DNA of 64,000 nt, from NCBI GenBank assembly GCA_041659045.1, contig JBAZZB010000001.1, forward strand, positions 582,270 through 646,269. Direction: 5' to 3'. Shown here piece after piece: positions 17,613-27,554 of the stretch (position 1 is the stretch's first letter; every line of letters begins with the position of its first letter). Under the pieces are notes generated by a model. That model worked only from the letters and a program-made list of their open reading frames with translations, was not told the DNA's origin and did no database searches. The position numbers and the translations under genes were made by a program. The stretch is from Patescibacteria group bacterium. GTDB taxonomy: Bacteria > Patescibacteriota > Patescibacteriia > SG8-24 > DYFX01.

Positions 17613-18824
17613 ATGCTTCGTTTGAGTCGTGCACAAGCTATTCCCGCCATCGTTCCCGCAATTCTGCAGCTGCGCAGCGCGATGCCCGCCGATGAGCCCA
17701 TCCGTGTGGCGATCGTCGGCGCATCCGCGTCCGGCAAAGGACACCTGATCCAAGAGCTCGCCCAGCAGCTGCTCGAGATGTCCGAACGCAAGACGGCGGT
17801 CAGCATCCTGACGCTCGACAACTACTACCGCGGACGGAAGGAGATGGCGGCGCGAGGTGTGCCGCACTTCGATCACCCCGATGCGCTCGATCTGAGCCTT
17901 GCTGGTGAACACCTCAAGCAGATGCGCGTCGGAGAACGTATCGACACGCCCTGCTACGACTTTCCGCTTGGCGAACGTGTCGGTACGGAGCCCTTCATCG
18001 CGCGCCCGTTCGTGCTCGTCGACGGCCTCTTCGGTCTCACGGATGAGATCCGTCCGCACATCGACTTCGGCATCTACATCGACACGGACGTGCACAGCGC
18101 CATGCTGCGCCGCCTGTTCCGTGATGCCGGTCCGAAGGGGCGCACCAAGCAGAGCTCGAGCGACGTGCTTGCCCAGTACTTCCGCGAGGTCGTTCCTTCG
18201 ATGCGGCAGTTCATTGCGCCGACGGCGGCGCATGCCGATGTCGTCATCGAATCGCGCTACGACGCGGCAACCGAGGCTGTTCGCACGGGAGCGCTCCAGT
18301 ATCAGTGCAAGGCAAGAGGCCACGTCGACGACGATCATCTTCTTGCACATGCGGGTGCGCGCCGCCTTGGCGCGACCTTCAAGCAGACGGACATCTTCCT
18401 GAAGTCGAAAGATCGCGCAATCGAGAACGAGTTGCTGTGCGTACGCGAAGAGAGAGGTTCGATCTTCCTGACCTACAAAGGCCCGCTCATCACCGGCCTG
18501 CCAGGTATCGCGATCCGCAACGTCACGCAGCCGATCGAGATCGATCATGAGACGCATATGCGCTTGCGCGATGACTACGAGGTCATCTGCGGGTTCTCAA
18601 AGCTTCGGACGTTCTTTCACGCCGGCAACCTGCTCTTGGCCCGCGACTCGATCAATCCGATCGGCAACTTCATCGAAGCACGCGTGTCAGATGAGGCGAG
18701 CGCACCCTTGGCCCATGCCATGCTGAAGAAGCTCGGCTTGCAAGAGCCGTTCATCACGGCGAGCTACTTCGACCTTTGGCAGCAGATCGTGACCGACGGC
18801 CTCAAGCAAAACCACCTCAGCTAG
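17613..18824 (+). CDS. Uridine kinase-CYTH domain fusion
   Basis: 'GASASGKG', 'LDNYY', 'FDHPDALD', 'P.YDF', 'RRLFRD', 'FIAPT..HADVVI'; C-terminal CYTH 'QTDIFL', 'LTYKGP', 'KLRTFF', 'GNFIE'. Confidence 0.82.
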   Translation: MLRLSRAQAIPAIVPAILQLRSAMPADEPIRVAIVGASASGKGHLIQELAQQLLEMSERKTAVSILTLDNYYRGRKEMAARGVPHFDHPDALDLSLAGEHLKQMRVGERIDTPCYDFPLGERVGTEPFIARPFVLVDGLFGLTDEIRPHIDFGIYIDTDVHSAMLRRLFRDAGPKGRTKQSSSDVLAQYFREVVPSMRQFIAPTAAHADVVIESRYDAATEAVRTGALQYQCKARGHVDDDHLLAHAGARRLGATFKQTDIFLKSKDRAIENELLCVREERGSIFLTYKGPLITGLPGIAIRNVTQPIEIDHETHMRLRDDYEVICGFSKLRTFFHAGNLLLARDSINPIGNFIEARVSDEASAPLAHAMLKKLGLQEPFITASYFDLWQQIVTDGLKQNHLS

Positions 18825-18855
18825 GAATCCGTACCGCGCCCACAGAGCGCGGCTT

Positions 18856-20265
18856 TTATTTTCCAGAAACGAGCCAGTCCTTCAAATGCGCCGTGGCGCG
18901 GACGTCGTCTTCGTTGTAATCGGTGATTTTTTGCAAAAGCGCTCGGTCGCCCTTTTCGCACCATTCCTGAAACCACAAGACGGAGTTGGCGCCAGAGGCG
19001 TCCGTGGCACGCCAGCGGAAACCGAGGTGCTTGGCGAGATCTTTCAGCGAATAAAAGTAGAGCGGGAAAATTACCGAGTGCTGAACAACGCGATTCAGAT
19101 CGATCATATTGGCTCGGTCGAGCGCCTGTGCTGCCTTGTGCGAGATGCCGTGTTTAGCGCTGAGACGCTTGATGGCATCAAGTTCATACCAGCCATAGTG
19201 ATAAATCGGCGCGCCCACGTATCCTTCCATGAAATCGCAAAACGCGAGCCACGCCTTGCCTTCATCTTCCGGTTTTTCAGCAGTAAAAACCTCATACCGA
19301 TCAACGCCATTCTCACGCACGAGAAGACCGTGCATGTATTCAACGCCGATCATCGGATCGCCTTCGATATCGAAGAAGAGCTCCGTCGCCACTGGCGGCA
19401 AGCCCGACTCTTCGATGCGCACGATCTTTTTTTCATGCAACGACTGTGCCTGAAGATGCAGCCGCGCGATCCGATGGTCGGAAATTCCCGTGACGGTGTC
19501 CTGCACCGTTTCAAGATCCGCTTCGGCAAAACGCGTCAGTGTCGTGTACCCAGCATCGCGCAAGCGGCGATATTCGCTCTTGTAGATTTTGTAGATCAGC
19601 CCGATATCGTCGTGCTCCTCCGCTTCATGTTTGCACTCGTTGTACCACGGAGAATCTTTGCAAGAGGAAGTAAACAGCGCTTCCGGTTTTTCGCCGGCGC
19701 GAATCGCGATAATTTTATCGAGCGCATCAAAAAAAGCGCTCTCAGCTTCTTCAATCGGAAACGAAAGCCACTCGCGATCGACGTTGATAATCTTCCCCTC
19801 TTCCGGTTTCACGCCTTGAATCTTCTTCAAGAGCAGCGCGTAGAACGTCATTTGCAACTGATGCACGTCACTGAGCTGCCGTGACGATTTAATGTCGACG
19901 GCTTCGTACATCCAAGAACCGAGACTCGAGGCACCGTCGATGCGAACGAGTAAGTCCGGACGACCGACCCATTCCCCTTCCTTGAGTGTGCCCTGGTAGA
20001 TCGTCGGCACGCCGCGTTCCATAAGAGCGAGCGTTGTCGCAAAAAGTTCGTCCGCGTCGCCCTCGCTCGGTACCTCCTCAAACTCGCCGAGGCTTTCGAT
20101 GACCTGCTTCTCATGCAAAACCCCGTCTTCTCGAAGACGTTGGAGCATGGCTGGCACTTCACCTTTCTTCGCCTGATCGCCAAAAAGATCCCAGTACAGC
20201 CAATTAGGGCATTTCGCGTGCTTATAGAACGCGTCGGGTGTCAGGTGCGGGAGTGAGCGGGACAT
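18856..20265 (-). CDS. TM0106-family RecB-like nuclease with RNase H-like domain
   Basis: 'GRPDLL', 'VDIKSS', 'QMTFY'; C-terminal 'FFDIEGDP', 'YHYG.YE', 'YSLKDLAK', 'YNEDDVRAT'. Confidence 0.85.
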   Translation of the reverse strand: MSRSLPHLTPDAFYKHAKCPNWLYWDLFGDQAKKGEVPAMLQRLREDGVLHEKQVIESLGEFEEVPSEGDADELFATTLALMERGVPTIYQGTLKEGEWVGRPDLLVRIDGASSLGSWMYEAVDIKSSRQLSDVHQLQMTFYALLLKKIQGVKPEEGKIINVDREWLSFPIEEAESAFFDALDKIIAIRAGEKPEALFTSSCKDSPWYNECKHEAEEHDDIGLIYKIYKSEYRRLRDAGYTTLTRFAEADLETVQDTVTGISDHRIARLHLQAQSLHEKKIVRIEESGLPPVATELFFDIEGDPMIGVEYMHGLLVRENGVDRYEVFTAEKPEDEGKAWLAFCDFMEGYVGAPIYHYGWYELDAIKRLSAKHGISHKAAQALDRANMIDLNRVVQHSVIFPLYFYSLKDLAKHLGFRWRATDASGANSVLWFQEWCEKGDRALLQKITDYNEDDVRATAHLKDWLVSGK

Positions 20266-20334
20266 ATGACGACACTTTAGCAGGAAGGCGGCAGAACAAA
20301 AACCGCCCCGGATTTACCGGAGCGGCACGCTTCC

Positions 20335-21009
20335 TTACTTCGATTTCGCTTCGACAATCACGCTCGTCATGACGTCGCCGACCTTGATCGCGTCAACCGC
20401 ATCCATGCCTTTGGTGACTTTTCCGAACACGGTGTAGGCGGGCGGGAGCGGTGTGTCAGCCAGCATGATGAAGAATTGGCTGCCGTTGGTGTCGGGACCG
20501 GCGTTGGCCATTGCGACGATGCCCCGATCGTACGCGCGCTTCACCGGTTCGTCTTCGAAACGATATCCCGGACCACCCGTGCCGTTGCCGCTCGGGTCTC
20601 CACCTTGAATAACGAATCCTTCGACGCGGCGATGGAACGTAAGGTTGTCGTAGTAACCGCCTTTGGTGAGATAGACGAAGTTCGAAACAGCCTTCGGCGC
20701 TTCTTCTTCAAACAGTTCAAAAACGATCTCTCCCTTGCTCGTCTGCATGCGAATCTGACGATCTTTGATTTGGTTCTCCGGCAGAACGCCGGGGAAGCTC
20801 CAGGTTTTTTCCATGGCTGTGGGTTTAGGTGTTGGATTCGGAGTCGGAGTCGCCGGCGTAGGCGTCGGAGCCTGTGCTGGCGCGGACGGAACGGTAAGCG
20901 GTGCGGCCGAGGGCGGACGTGACGCGGACGGAACTGGTGTGGATGAAGCGCAACCGGCGCCGATCAAGACGAGCGCGGCTGCGGGTAAAACAGCGCGAGA
21001 GAATTTCAT
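20335..21009 (-). CDS. Cyclophilin-type peptidyl-prolyl isomerase, lipoprotein
   Basis: 'FHRRVEGFVIQGGDP', 'AMANAGPDTNGSQFFI'; lipobox 'LIGAGC' and a Pro/Thr linker. Confidence 0.94.
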   Translation of the reverse strand: MKFSRAVLPAAALVLIGAGCASSTPVPSASRPPSAAPLTVPSAPAQAPTPTPATPTPNPTPKPTAMEKTWSFPGVLPENQIKDRQIRMQTSKGEIVFELFEEEAPKAVSNFVYLTKGGYYDNLTFHRRVEGFVIQGGDPSGNGTGGPGYRFEDEPVKRAYDRGIVAMANAGPDTNGSQFFIMLADTPLPPAYTVFGKVTKGMDAVDAIKVGDVMTSVIVEAKSK

Positions 21010-21015
21010 AGACGG

Positions 21016-22086
21016 CTATGATACCAAAGAAAGAATCTTTTCGGCTAGAGCTTCACGTGCGTGCGGTTGAAAGAGCGCGTGGAGCGAAGTGCCAAGACGC
21101 CTCGCGGCGTCAGGATGCCTCTGCAAATCGCGCACGGCCGTAACGAGCGCTTCCGGCGAGAGATCGCGTTCACGGAACATCCGAGCGCCTCCACGCTCGA
21201 CAACCAATTCCGCGTTCTTCTCTTGGTGTGAATCCGCGATCGGCACGAGCACGACCGCTTTCTCGAGCGCCGCGAGTTCCGTCAGCGTTCCTAGTCCCGC
21301 GCGACAGATGACGATGTCAGCAGCCGCGAGCACGTGTGCCATATCCGCGCCGAGAAACTCCATCTGATGATATCGCTCGGGATGTTCAAGCTTGGGTATC
21401 GTCAGCGTTTTTTCAAGACCGGTGAGATGCCCGACATCAGCAAAGCCGGTGAGATGCAGCAGCGCTTCGCTCAGTTTCTGATTCAGGAAAACGGAACCCG
21501 TACCACCGCCGAGCGCGAGCACAACAGGACGCTCTCCTGTGAAACCCAGCGTACGAAGCCCACGCCCGCGATCCCCTTCTTCAATGACGCGCCGAACAGG
21601 GTTGCCAATCAACGTTGTTTTCTTTTTCGAAAAATCTTTTAAGGAAACATCGAACGTCGTCGTAATCGCTTCGGCAAACGGGGCAAGCAACTTGTTGCTG
21701 AGCGAGACGACGACATCTTGCTGATGCACCAGCACCTTCACGCCACGAAGTTTCGCCACGATCCCGAGTGGCACTTGAACATAGCCACCGGCACCGACGA
21801 CGAGCTTGGGGTTCTCAGCTGCAAGCAAACGATCGGCATTCCACAACGCTTTCAGGAAATGAAACGGGGCAAGCAACGTGCGCGCATCGAAATATCGGCG
21901 CAGCTTCGGCGCATCAAGCGCGAGGAATCGAATATCGGATTCTTCGACGAGTCGGCGTTCCGGGCCCATCGACGTGCCTACAAAAACACACTCGACATCG
22001 GGTCGAAGGCGTTTGAGTTCGTCGATGACTGCCAAGAGCGGGGTTACGGGACCGAGTGTCCCACCTCCGGCGAAGAGAATCTTCAT
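21016..22086 (-). CDS. murG: MurG lipid II GlcNAc transferase
   Basis: 'GGGTLGP', 'GAGGYV', 'HQQD', 'GNPVR', 'RAG..TLTE', 'HQEKNA'; follows ftsW. Confidence 0.92.
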   Translation of the reverse strand: MKILFAGGGTLGPVTPLLAVIDELKRLRPDVECVFVGTSMGPERRLVEESDIRFLALDAPKLRRYFDARTLLAPFHFLKALWNADRLLAAENPKLVVGAGGYVQVPLGIVAKLRGVKVLVHQQDVVVSLSNKLLAPFAEAITTTFDVSLKDFSKKKTTLIGNPVRRVIEEGDRGRGLRTLGFTGERPVVLALGGGTGSVFLNQKLSEALLHLTGFADVGHLTGLEKTLTIPKLEHPERYHQMEFLGADMAHVLAAADIVICRAGLGTLTELAALEKAVVLVPIADSHQEKNAELVVERGGARMFRERDLSPEALVTAVRDLQRHPDAARRLGTSLHALFQPHAREALAEKILSLVS

Positions 22087-22087
22087 A

Positions 22088-23197
22088 TCAGTGTGTGCGA
22101 ACAACCTTACTCTCTCTCGAAATCGCCGCCAAGATACCGATCGCCATGAGGTTCGCGAGCATGGCCGAACCGCCGTGGCTGATAAACGGCAGCGGCACGC
22201 CGGTCAGCGGCATGAGGCCGACCATAGCGGAAATGTTCAGTACGGCCTGGAATCCGATCCAAACACTGATACCGATCGCAGCAGCGCGCGCGAACGGGTC
22301 TGTCGAGCGCTCGGCAATTTTGAGCCCGTAACGCACAAGCAAGATGAAGGCGAGAATGACCGCCGCTGAAGCCAGGAAGCCGAGCTCTTCTGAAATCACG
22401 GCGAAAATCGAGTCGCCGGCGACTTCCGGCAAGTATTGGAATTTTTGGCGAGACTTGCCGAGCCCGAGCCCGAACCAACCGCCAGAGCCGATCGCGAGAC
22501 GCGCTTGGTTGATGTGATAGCCGACGCCCTGCGGGTCGAGGTCGGGACGCAGGAAAATTTCGAGGCGCGCCACGCGATACGGCGCGATCTTGATGAAGAT
22601 AAGGAACATCGCGAACCCTGCTGCAAAGAGCGCGCCAAGATGCTTGAGCGAAGCGCCGGCAGCGATATACATCGCGAAAAGAAACGCGACGATAACAGAC
22701 GTTGTGCCGAGGTCAGACTGCAGCATCATGAGTGCGATCACGAGCGCGATTGAAATCGTAAACGGCAGAAACCCTGTCCAGAACCCTTTAATAGATTCTT
22801 CATCACGCCGCGCGAACCACCAGGCGAAATACAAAATAAGACACAGCTTGGCAAGCTCCGACGGCTGCAGCGACGCGCCAAACAAATTGATCCAAGAACC
22901 CGAACCGTACTCGGCGCGAAGCCCGGGAATAAAACCGAGACACAACAGAATCGCCGCCGCCGGCAACATGAGCGGCGCGATCGATTTCAATCGTTCGACC
23001 GTGAGCCGCATACAAGCAAGCAAGAGCACGAGACCGGGCAGTACTCCAAAAAATAACTGGCGCTTGAAGAAGTAATAACTGTCCCCAAACTTCTGGAACC
23101 CCGTCGGCCCCGTAGCGGACGTCAGCATCACCAAACCGAACACGAGAAGCCCGGCGACGACGGCGAGCAGCGCGTAATCAGGTGGGTGGCGTCGCAT
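22088..23197 (-). CDS. ftsW: SEDS family peptidoglycan polymerase FtsW
   Basis: 'LQPSELAK', 'QSDLGT', 'AIGSGGWFGLGLG.S.QK..YLPE', 'P.TGVPLPFISHGGS'. Confidence 0.93.
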   Translation of the reverse strand: MRRHPPDYALLAVVAGLLVFGLVMLTSATGPTGFQKFGDSYYFFKRQLFFGVLPGLVLLLACMRLTVERLKSIAPLMLPAAAILLCLGFIPGLRAEYGSGSWINLFGASLQPSELAKLCLILYFAWWFARRDEESIKGFWTGFLPFTISIALVIALMMLQSDLGTTSVIVAFLFAMYIAAGASLKHLGALFAAGFAMFLIFIKIAPYRVARLEIFLRPDLDPQGVGYHINQARLAIGSGGWFGLGLGKSRQKFQYLPEVAGDSIFAVISEELGFLASAAVILAFILLVRYGLKIAERSTDPFARAAAIGISVWIGFQAVLNISAMVGLMPLTGVPLPFISHGGSAMLANLMAIGILAAISRESKVVRTH

Positions 23198-23206
23198 ACC
23201 GCAGCG

Positions 23207-24241
23207 TCAGCGATCCAATAAGGAAATGATAAGCCCCAAGACGCCCGACACGGCGGCAACCACCCAAAAACGCATAACGATCGTGGCCTCCGGCCAGCCC
23301 TTCGCTTCAAAATGATGATGAATCGGCGCGGACAGGAACACTTTCTTCTTACGAATTTTTTTCGAAACCACCTGGATGATCACCGAAAGTGATTCAAGCA
23401 CGAATACCAAACCGATGATCGGCAAAAGCAGCAAGCTGTTCGTCAGCATAGCGACGATACCAAGCGTCACGCCGAGCGACATAGCACCCGTATCCCCCAT
23501 GAAGAAGCGCGCGGGGTTGATGTTGAACCAGAGGAATGCAAGAAGCGCGCCGACGATCGCGGCGCAGAACGTCGCGAGCTCGTGCTTGTCTTGGAGAAAC
23601 GCGATCGCGCCATAGGCAGCAAACGCAGTAAGGAGCGTGCCAGCGGCAAGACCATCGAGGCCATCGGTTTCGTTCACTGAAAACGCGGTGGCGATGATGA
23701 TGAAAATGAAAAGCGGAATCATCCACGGGCCAACTTCGACGATTCCGACGAACGGCACGCGCAGCACGTCCCATTCGAGCTTGAAGTAGAACCACCAGGC
23801 CGCGACGACGGCGATCACGGAATACGAAACGAGACGGTGCCACACTTTGAGACCACCTCCGTCGGCGCCAATCTTGCGCACGTTCAAATAATCATCAACC
23901 AACCCAACGATCGCCGCGAAAAAGAGTGCGGCTAACGGCAGGAGCGTCTCGCGACGCGAGATGAAGTTGAGTGAGATCCACGGCTCGGTGCGCAGGATGT
24001 TGGCCGTGAGCGATAGAACGAACGCCAGCGCCAGCACCGCTCCCCATATAAGGATGCCGCCCATGGTCGGCGTGCCGCTCTTGGCGGCATGGAGCTTTGA
24101 GAAGATCGGCGCGGAAGCTTCGCTACGAATCTGTTTCCCAAGTTTGAGCAGTTTCAAAAGTTTCGTGACGGCCGGCGTTGCGAACATCGCGACCGAGAAG
24201 GCCGCCGCCGAAACAACAAGAATCGAAATTGCGGAGTTCAT
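23207..24241 (-). CDS. mraY: Phospho-N-acetylmuramoyl-pentapeptide transferase
   Basis: 'GTPTMGG', 'DDY', 'NETDGLDGL', 'FMGDTG', 'APIHHHFE'. Confidence 0.96.
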   Translation of the reverse strand: MNSAISILVVSAAAFSVAMFATPAVTKLLKLLKLGKQIRSEASAPIFSKLHAAKSGTPTMGGILIWGAVLALAFVLSLTANILRTEPWISLNFISRRETLLPLAALFFAAIVGLVDDYLNVRKIGADGGGLKVWHRLVSYSVIAVVAAWWFYFKLEWDVLRVPFVGIVEVGPWMIPLFIFIIIATAFSVNETDGLDGLAAGTLLTAFAAYGAIAFLQDKHELATFCAAIVGALLAFLWFNINPARFFMGDTGAMSLGVTLGIVAMLTNSLLLLPIIGLVFVLESLSVIIQVVSKKIRKKKVFLSAPIHHHFEAKGWPEATIVMRFWVVAAVSGVLGLIISLLDR

Positions 24242-24242
24242 G

Positions 24243-24620
24243 TCAGAGGTTCAAGAGAATCGAAAGGAAGGTCAGCACAAGGATCAATCCCTCTAGAAGA
24301 AGCGTCAGGGCCATGAAAAACGCGGCGGCCAAACGTTCTGTGCGGTACAAACGGAACGTGATCGCAAGGTTTGCTGCAAACAGCGCGAGACCGAGAAGCG
24401 GCGTGCGCAGGAGCCCCCAAGGCGGACCGATGCGGTCGACGCCGAAGTACACAGAATAGTGTAAGGCGAAGAACGGACTCGTCGCCAAGCGCGGCACGAC
24501 GAACCAAAGCGCAATCCCCCAGGCCAAGAGATTCAGCCCTAGAGACAACAACAGCGCGAAGCGGACGAACCGTGCCTCGCGCGCGTGCAGACGATAGCGT
24601 TCGAACAATCCGACGAACAT
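24243..24620 (-). CDS. Three-TM membrane protein (DUF1648-like)
   Basis: 'LHYSVYFGVDRIG' between TM segments; first gene of the mraY operon. Confidence 0.65.
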   Translation of the reverse strand: MFVGLFERYRLHAREARFVRFALLLSLGLNLLAWGIALWFVVPRLATSPFFALHYSVYFGVDRIGPPWGLLRTPLLGLALFAANLAITFRLYRTERLAAAFFMALTLLLEGLILVLTFLSILLNL

Positions 24621-24662
24621 ACTGATGTAAAGCGTACCCGAAATGCGCTATACTATCAAGGT

Positions 24663-26384
24663 ATGTATAGCGACGCCTTGCTGCAGAAAATCCTAACGAC
24701 CTCGAGCGCCCTGAAACCGCAGGAGATTAAAGATCTTGTCGCGGCGGCCAAAGAGAAACACGTACGTCTTGAAGAGACGCTGCTCGCGAAGATGCCGGAA
24801 GAAACGCTCTATCGCGTCATTGCGGAATATTTCAAAGTACCGTTCGTCGACTTGAAAGGCGTTCAGGTACGCAAAGACTTTCTCGACCTGGTTCCGGAAC
24901 CCATCGCTACGACGCACGACATCGTCCCCTTCGATAAGGGCGAATCCCTTTTAAAAGTCGCGGCGCTCGACCCAGAAGACTTGCAGACGATTGAATTCTT
25001 GAAGCACAAGACTGGTTTAGAAGTGCAGGTGCACGTTACGACCCCGTTTGCGCTGCGAGAAATCATCAAACAGTACAAACGCTCGCTCAAAGCCGAGTTT
25101 GAAGACATTGCCAAGGTCACAACAACAGGCGAAGAAACCGATCAGCAGAAACTTCGCGAACTCGCCCAAGACCTACCGGTGGTTCGCATCGTTGAATCAC
25201 TGCTCGAACACGCCGTGTTTGAAGGCGCCTCGGATATCCACATCGAACCGACGGAGCAGGATCTCGCCGTGCGCTATCGCGTCGACGGTATTTTGCGCAA
25301 TGTCATGACGCTGCCAAAAAACGCTCAAGCTGGCATTCTGGCGCGTATCAAGGTGCTTTCGAACCTCAAACTCGACGAGCATCGCCTGCCGCAGGATGGC
25401 CGTATGAAAATCAGCGGCGCGGGTTACAAATATTCCGTTCGTGTTTCGACGCTACCTGTCATGGACGGCGAAAAAGTCGTCATGCGTCTCCTTTCGGAAA
25501 CAGCACAGGCGCTCACGCTCGAACAGCTCGGTTTTGCCGATAAACACCTCGACGCCGTAAAGCGCAACATCGCCAAACCACACGGCATCATTTTCGTAAC
25601 CGGCCCGACCGGTTCAGGAAAAACAACGACGCTCTATTCGATCTTGTCGCTGCGCAACACGCCAGGCGTCAACATTTCGACAATCGAGGACCCGGTCGAA
25701 TACCGCATGAACGGCGTCAATCAATCGCAAGTCAACCCGAAAATCGGTTTTACCTTCGCGATCGGCTTGCGTACACTTCTGCGTCAGGACCCGAACATCA
25801 TCATGGTCGGCGAAATCCGCGACGGCGAAACCGCCGAAATTGCCACCAACGCCGCCATGACCGGTCACTTGGTGTTCGCCACCCTTCACACCAACGACTC
25901 CGTCACCTCGCTCCCCCGCCTCGTCGACATGGGCGTGCCGCGTTTCCTTGTTGCCTTCACCTGCAACATGATCATCGCGCAACGTCTCGTGCGTAAAGTC
26001 TGCAAGGAATGCAAACAGCCGTACAAGCTTTCGAAAACACAGCTCAAGGAAATCTCTGAGCTCTACGATATTCCGACGGTTACCGCCGCAATGCAGCGCG
26101 ACGGCTTCCTTCAAAAGGGAGAAACACTCGACAAAGTCGATTTCTATCGCGGCGCTGGTTGCAAGCAGTGCAACGACGAAGGCTATAAGGGTCGCGTCGG
26201 CATCTATGAAGTACTTGAAGTCAGCAAAACGCTCCAGGACCTGATCAGCAAAAACGGCTCGAACGCCGAAATTATCGCCGCTGCTGACAAGGAAGGCATG
26301 ATCGGCATTGTTGAAGACGGCTTCACCAAAGCCATCAAAGGCGTAACGTCGCTCGAAGAAATCATGCGCGTGACCAAGGAATAA
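24663..26384 (+). CDS. pilB: Type IV pilus assembly ATPase PilB/GspE
   Basis: 'ASDIHIEP', 'GPTGSGKTTT', 'TIEDPVE', 'LRQDPNIIMVGEIRD', 'TGHLVFATLH', two CxxC. Confidence 0.95.
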   Translation: MYSDALLQKILTTSSALKPQEIKDLVAAAKEKHVRLEETLLAKMPEETLYRVIAEYFKVPFVDLKGVQVRKDFLDLVPEPIATTHDIVPFDKGESLLKVAALDPEDLQTIEFLKHKTGLEVQVHVTTPFALREIIKQYKRSLKAEFEDIAKVTTTGEETDQQKLRELAQDLPVVRIVESLLEHAVFEGASDIHIEPTEQDLAVRYRVDGILRNVMTLPKNAQAGILARIKVLSNLKLDEHRLPQDGRMKISGAGYKYSVRVSTLPVMDGEKVVMRLLSETAQALTLEQLGFADKHLDAVKRNIAKPHGIIFVTGPTGSGKTTTLYSILSLRNTPGVNISTIEDPVEYRMNGVNQSQVNPKIGFTFAIGLRTLLRQDPNIIMVGEIRDGETAEIATNAAMTGHLVFATLHTNDSVTSLPRLVDMGVPRFLVAFTCNMIIAQRLVRKVCKECKQPYKLSKTQLKEISELYDIPTVTAAMQRDGFLQKGETLDKVDFYRGAGCKQCNDEGYKGRVGIYEVLEVSKTLQDLISKNGSNAEIIAAADKEGMIGIVEDGFTKAIKGVTSLEEIMRVTKE

Positions 26385-26385
26385 C

Positions 26386-27483
26386 ATGGCTGACACTGTC
26401 GCGACATTTTCGATCGAGGGGCTGCGCCGCCGCTTCTTGCGGGTCAAGCTTCCGCAAAAGATTTTCTTCACCGAAAACCTGCGCGTGATGATTAAGGCCG
26501 GCTTGTCGCTGACCGAAGCGCTCCATACACTCGCACTCCAAACCGAAGATAAAGGCTTCCGCTTCGTCATTACGGAGCTGAATTCCGACGTCGAACAAGG
26601 CAAGAGCCTTTCCCAAGCCCTTGGGCGCTTTACCAACGTTTTCGAGCCGATCTTCATCAACATGATCGCTGCCGGTGAAATCTCCGGCACGCTCGAAAAA
26701 ACGCTCGAACAGTTGACGATGCAGATGCGCAAAGACTACGAGCTCGTCTCGAAAGTCAAAAGCGCGATGACCTACCCGATCGTCGTCTTGAGCGCCACGA
26801 TGCTGATCGGTCTCGGCATGATGATCTTCGTCGTGCCGCAAATTCTTTCGATCTTCAACGAGATGGGCGACGTGGAACTACCACTGCCAACTCGCATGCT
26901 TATCGCCGCGACAGATATTTTGAAAAACGACTGGCCGTTCCTGATCATTGGCGCGATCGCACTGGCCAGCGCGTTCTCTTGGGCGGTTAAGCGCCCGCTC
27001 GGCAAGCGCATCTGGCACCGCATCCTCTTGGGCATGCCGATCATCGGGCCCATCATTCAAAAGATCAACCTCGCCCGCTTCACCCGTACCCTTTCGGCAC
27101 TGCTTCGTACCGACATTCCGATCGTACAAGGGCTGACGATCACGTCGGACATCGTCCGCAACGTCTATTATCGAGACGCTTGTCTCGCAATGGCCGAAGC
27201 CGTCAAGAAAGGTGAAACGATTTCCCACGTTCTCGAACTTTCACCAAAACTTTTTCCCCCGCTCGTCATTCAAATGACGGCCGTCGGAGAGCGCGCCGGT
27301 ACGGTCGACCAGATGCTTGAAGAAATCGCGGAGTTTTTCGAAAAGCAGGTCGACGGCATCATGGGTAGTCTTTCTTCGATTATCGAACCGGTTCTCATCA
27401 TCTTCCTCGGCGGCGCCGTCGGCGGCATCGCGCTCGCCATCATCACGCCAATCTACGCGCTCACTTCACAGTTCGGACAATAG
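26386..27483 (+). CDS. pilC: Type IV pilus platform protein PilC/GspF
   Basis: Two T2SSF repeats: 'AGEISGTL', 'SAMTYP', 'VGERAGTVD', 'IIEP'. Confidence 0.93.
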   Translation: MADTVATFSIEGLRRRFLRVKLPQKIFFTENLRVMIKAGLSLTEALHTLALQTEDKGFRFVITELNSDVEQGKSLSQALGRFTNVFEPIFINMIAAGEISGTLEKTLEQLTMQMRKDYELVSKVKSAMTYPIVVLSATMLIGLGMMIFVVPQILSIFNEMGDVELPLPTRMLIAATDILKNDWPFLIIGAIALASAFSWAVKRPLGKRIWHRILLGMPIIGPIIQKINLARFTRTLSALLRTDIPIVQGLTITSDIVRNVYYRDACLAMAEAVKKGETISHVLELSPKLFPPLVIQMTAVGERAGTVDQMLEEIAEFFEKQVDGIMGSLSSIIEPVLIIFLGGAVGGIALAIITPIYALTSQFGQ

Positions 27484-27554
27484 CTTGCCGTGCGCCGGGC
27501 GCGCATGGCGCTGTGGAGCGTTTTTCCGGTATACTGGTGACAACTGGAGGAACC

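Noticed and set aside
18856-20265. Cas4 or CRISPR-associated nuclease
   Set aside because: The domain layout fits the stand-alone TM0106 family, and no array or other cas genes are present.
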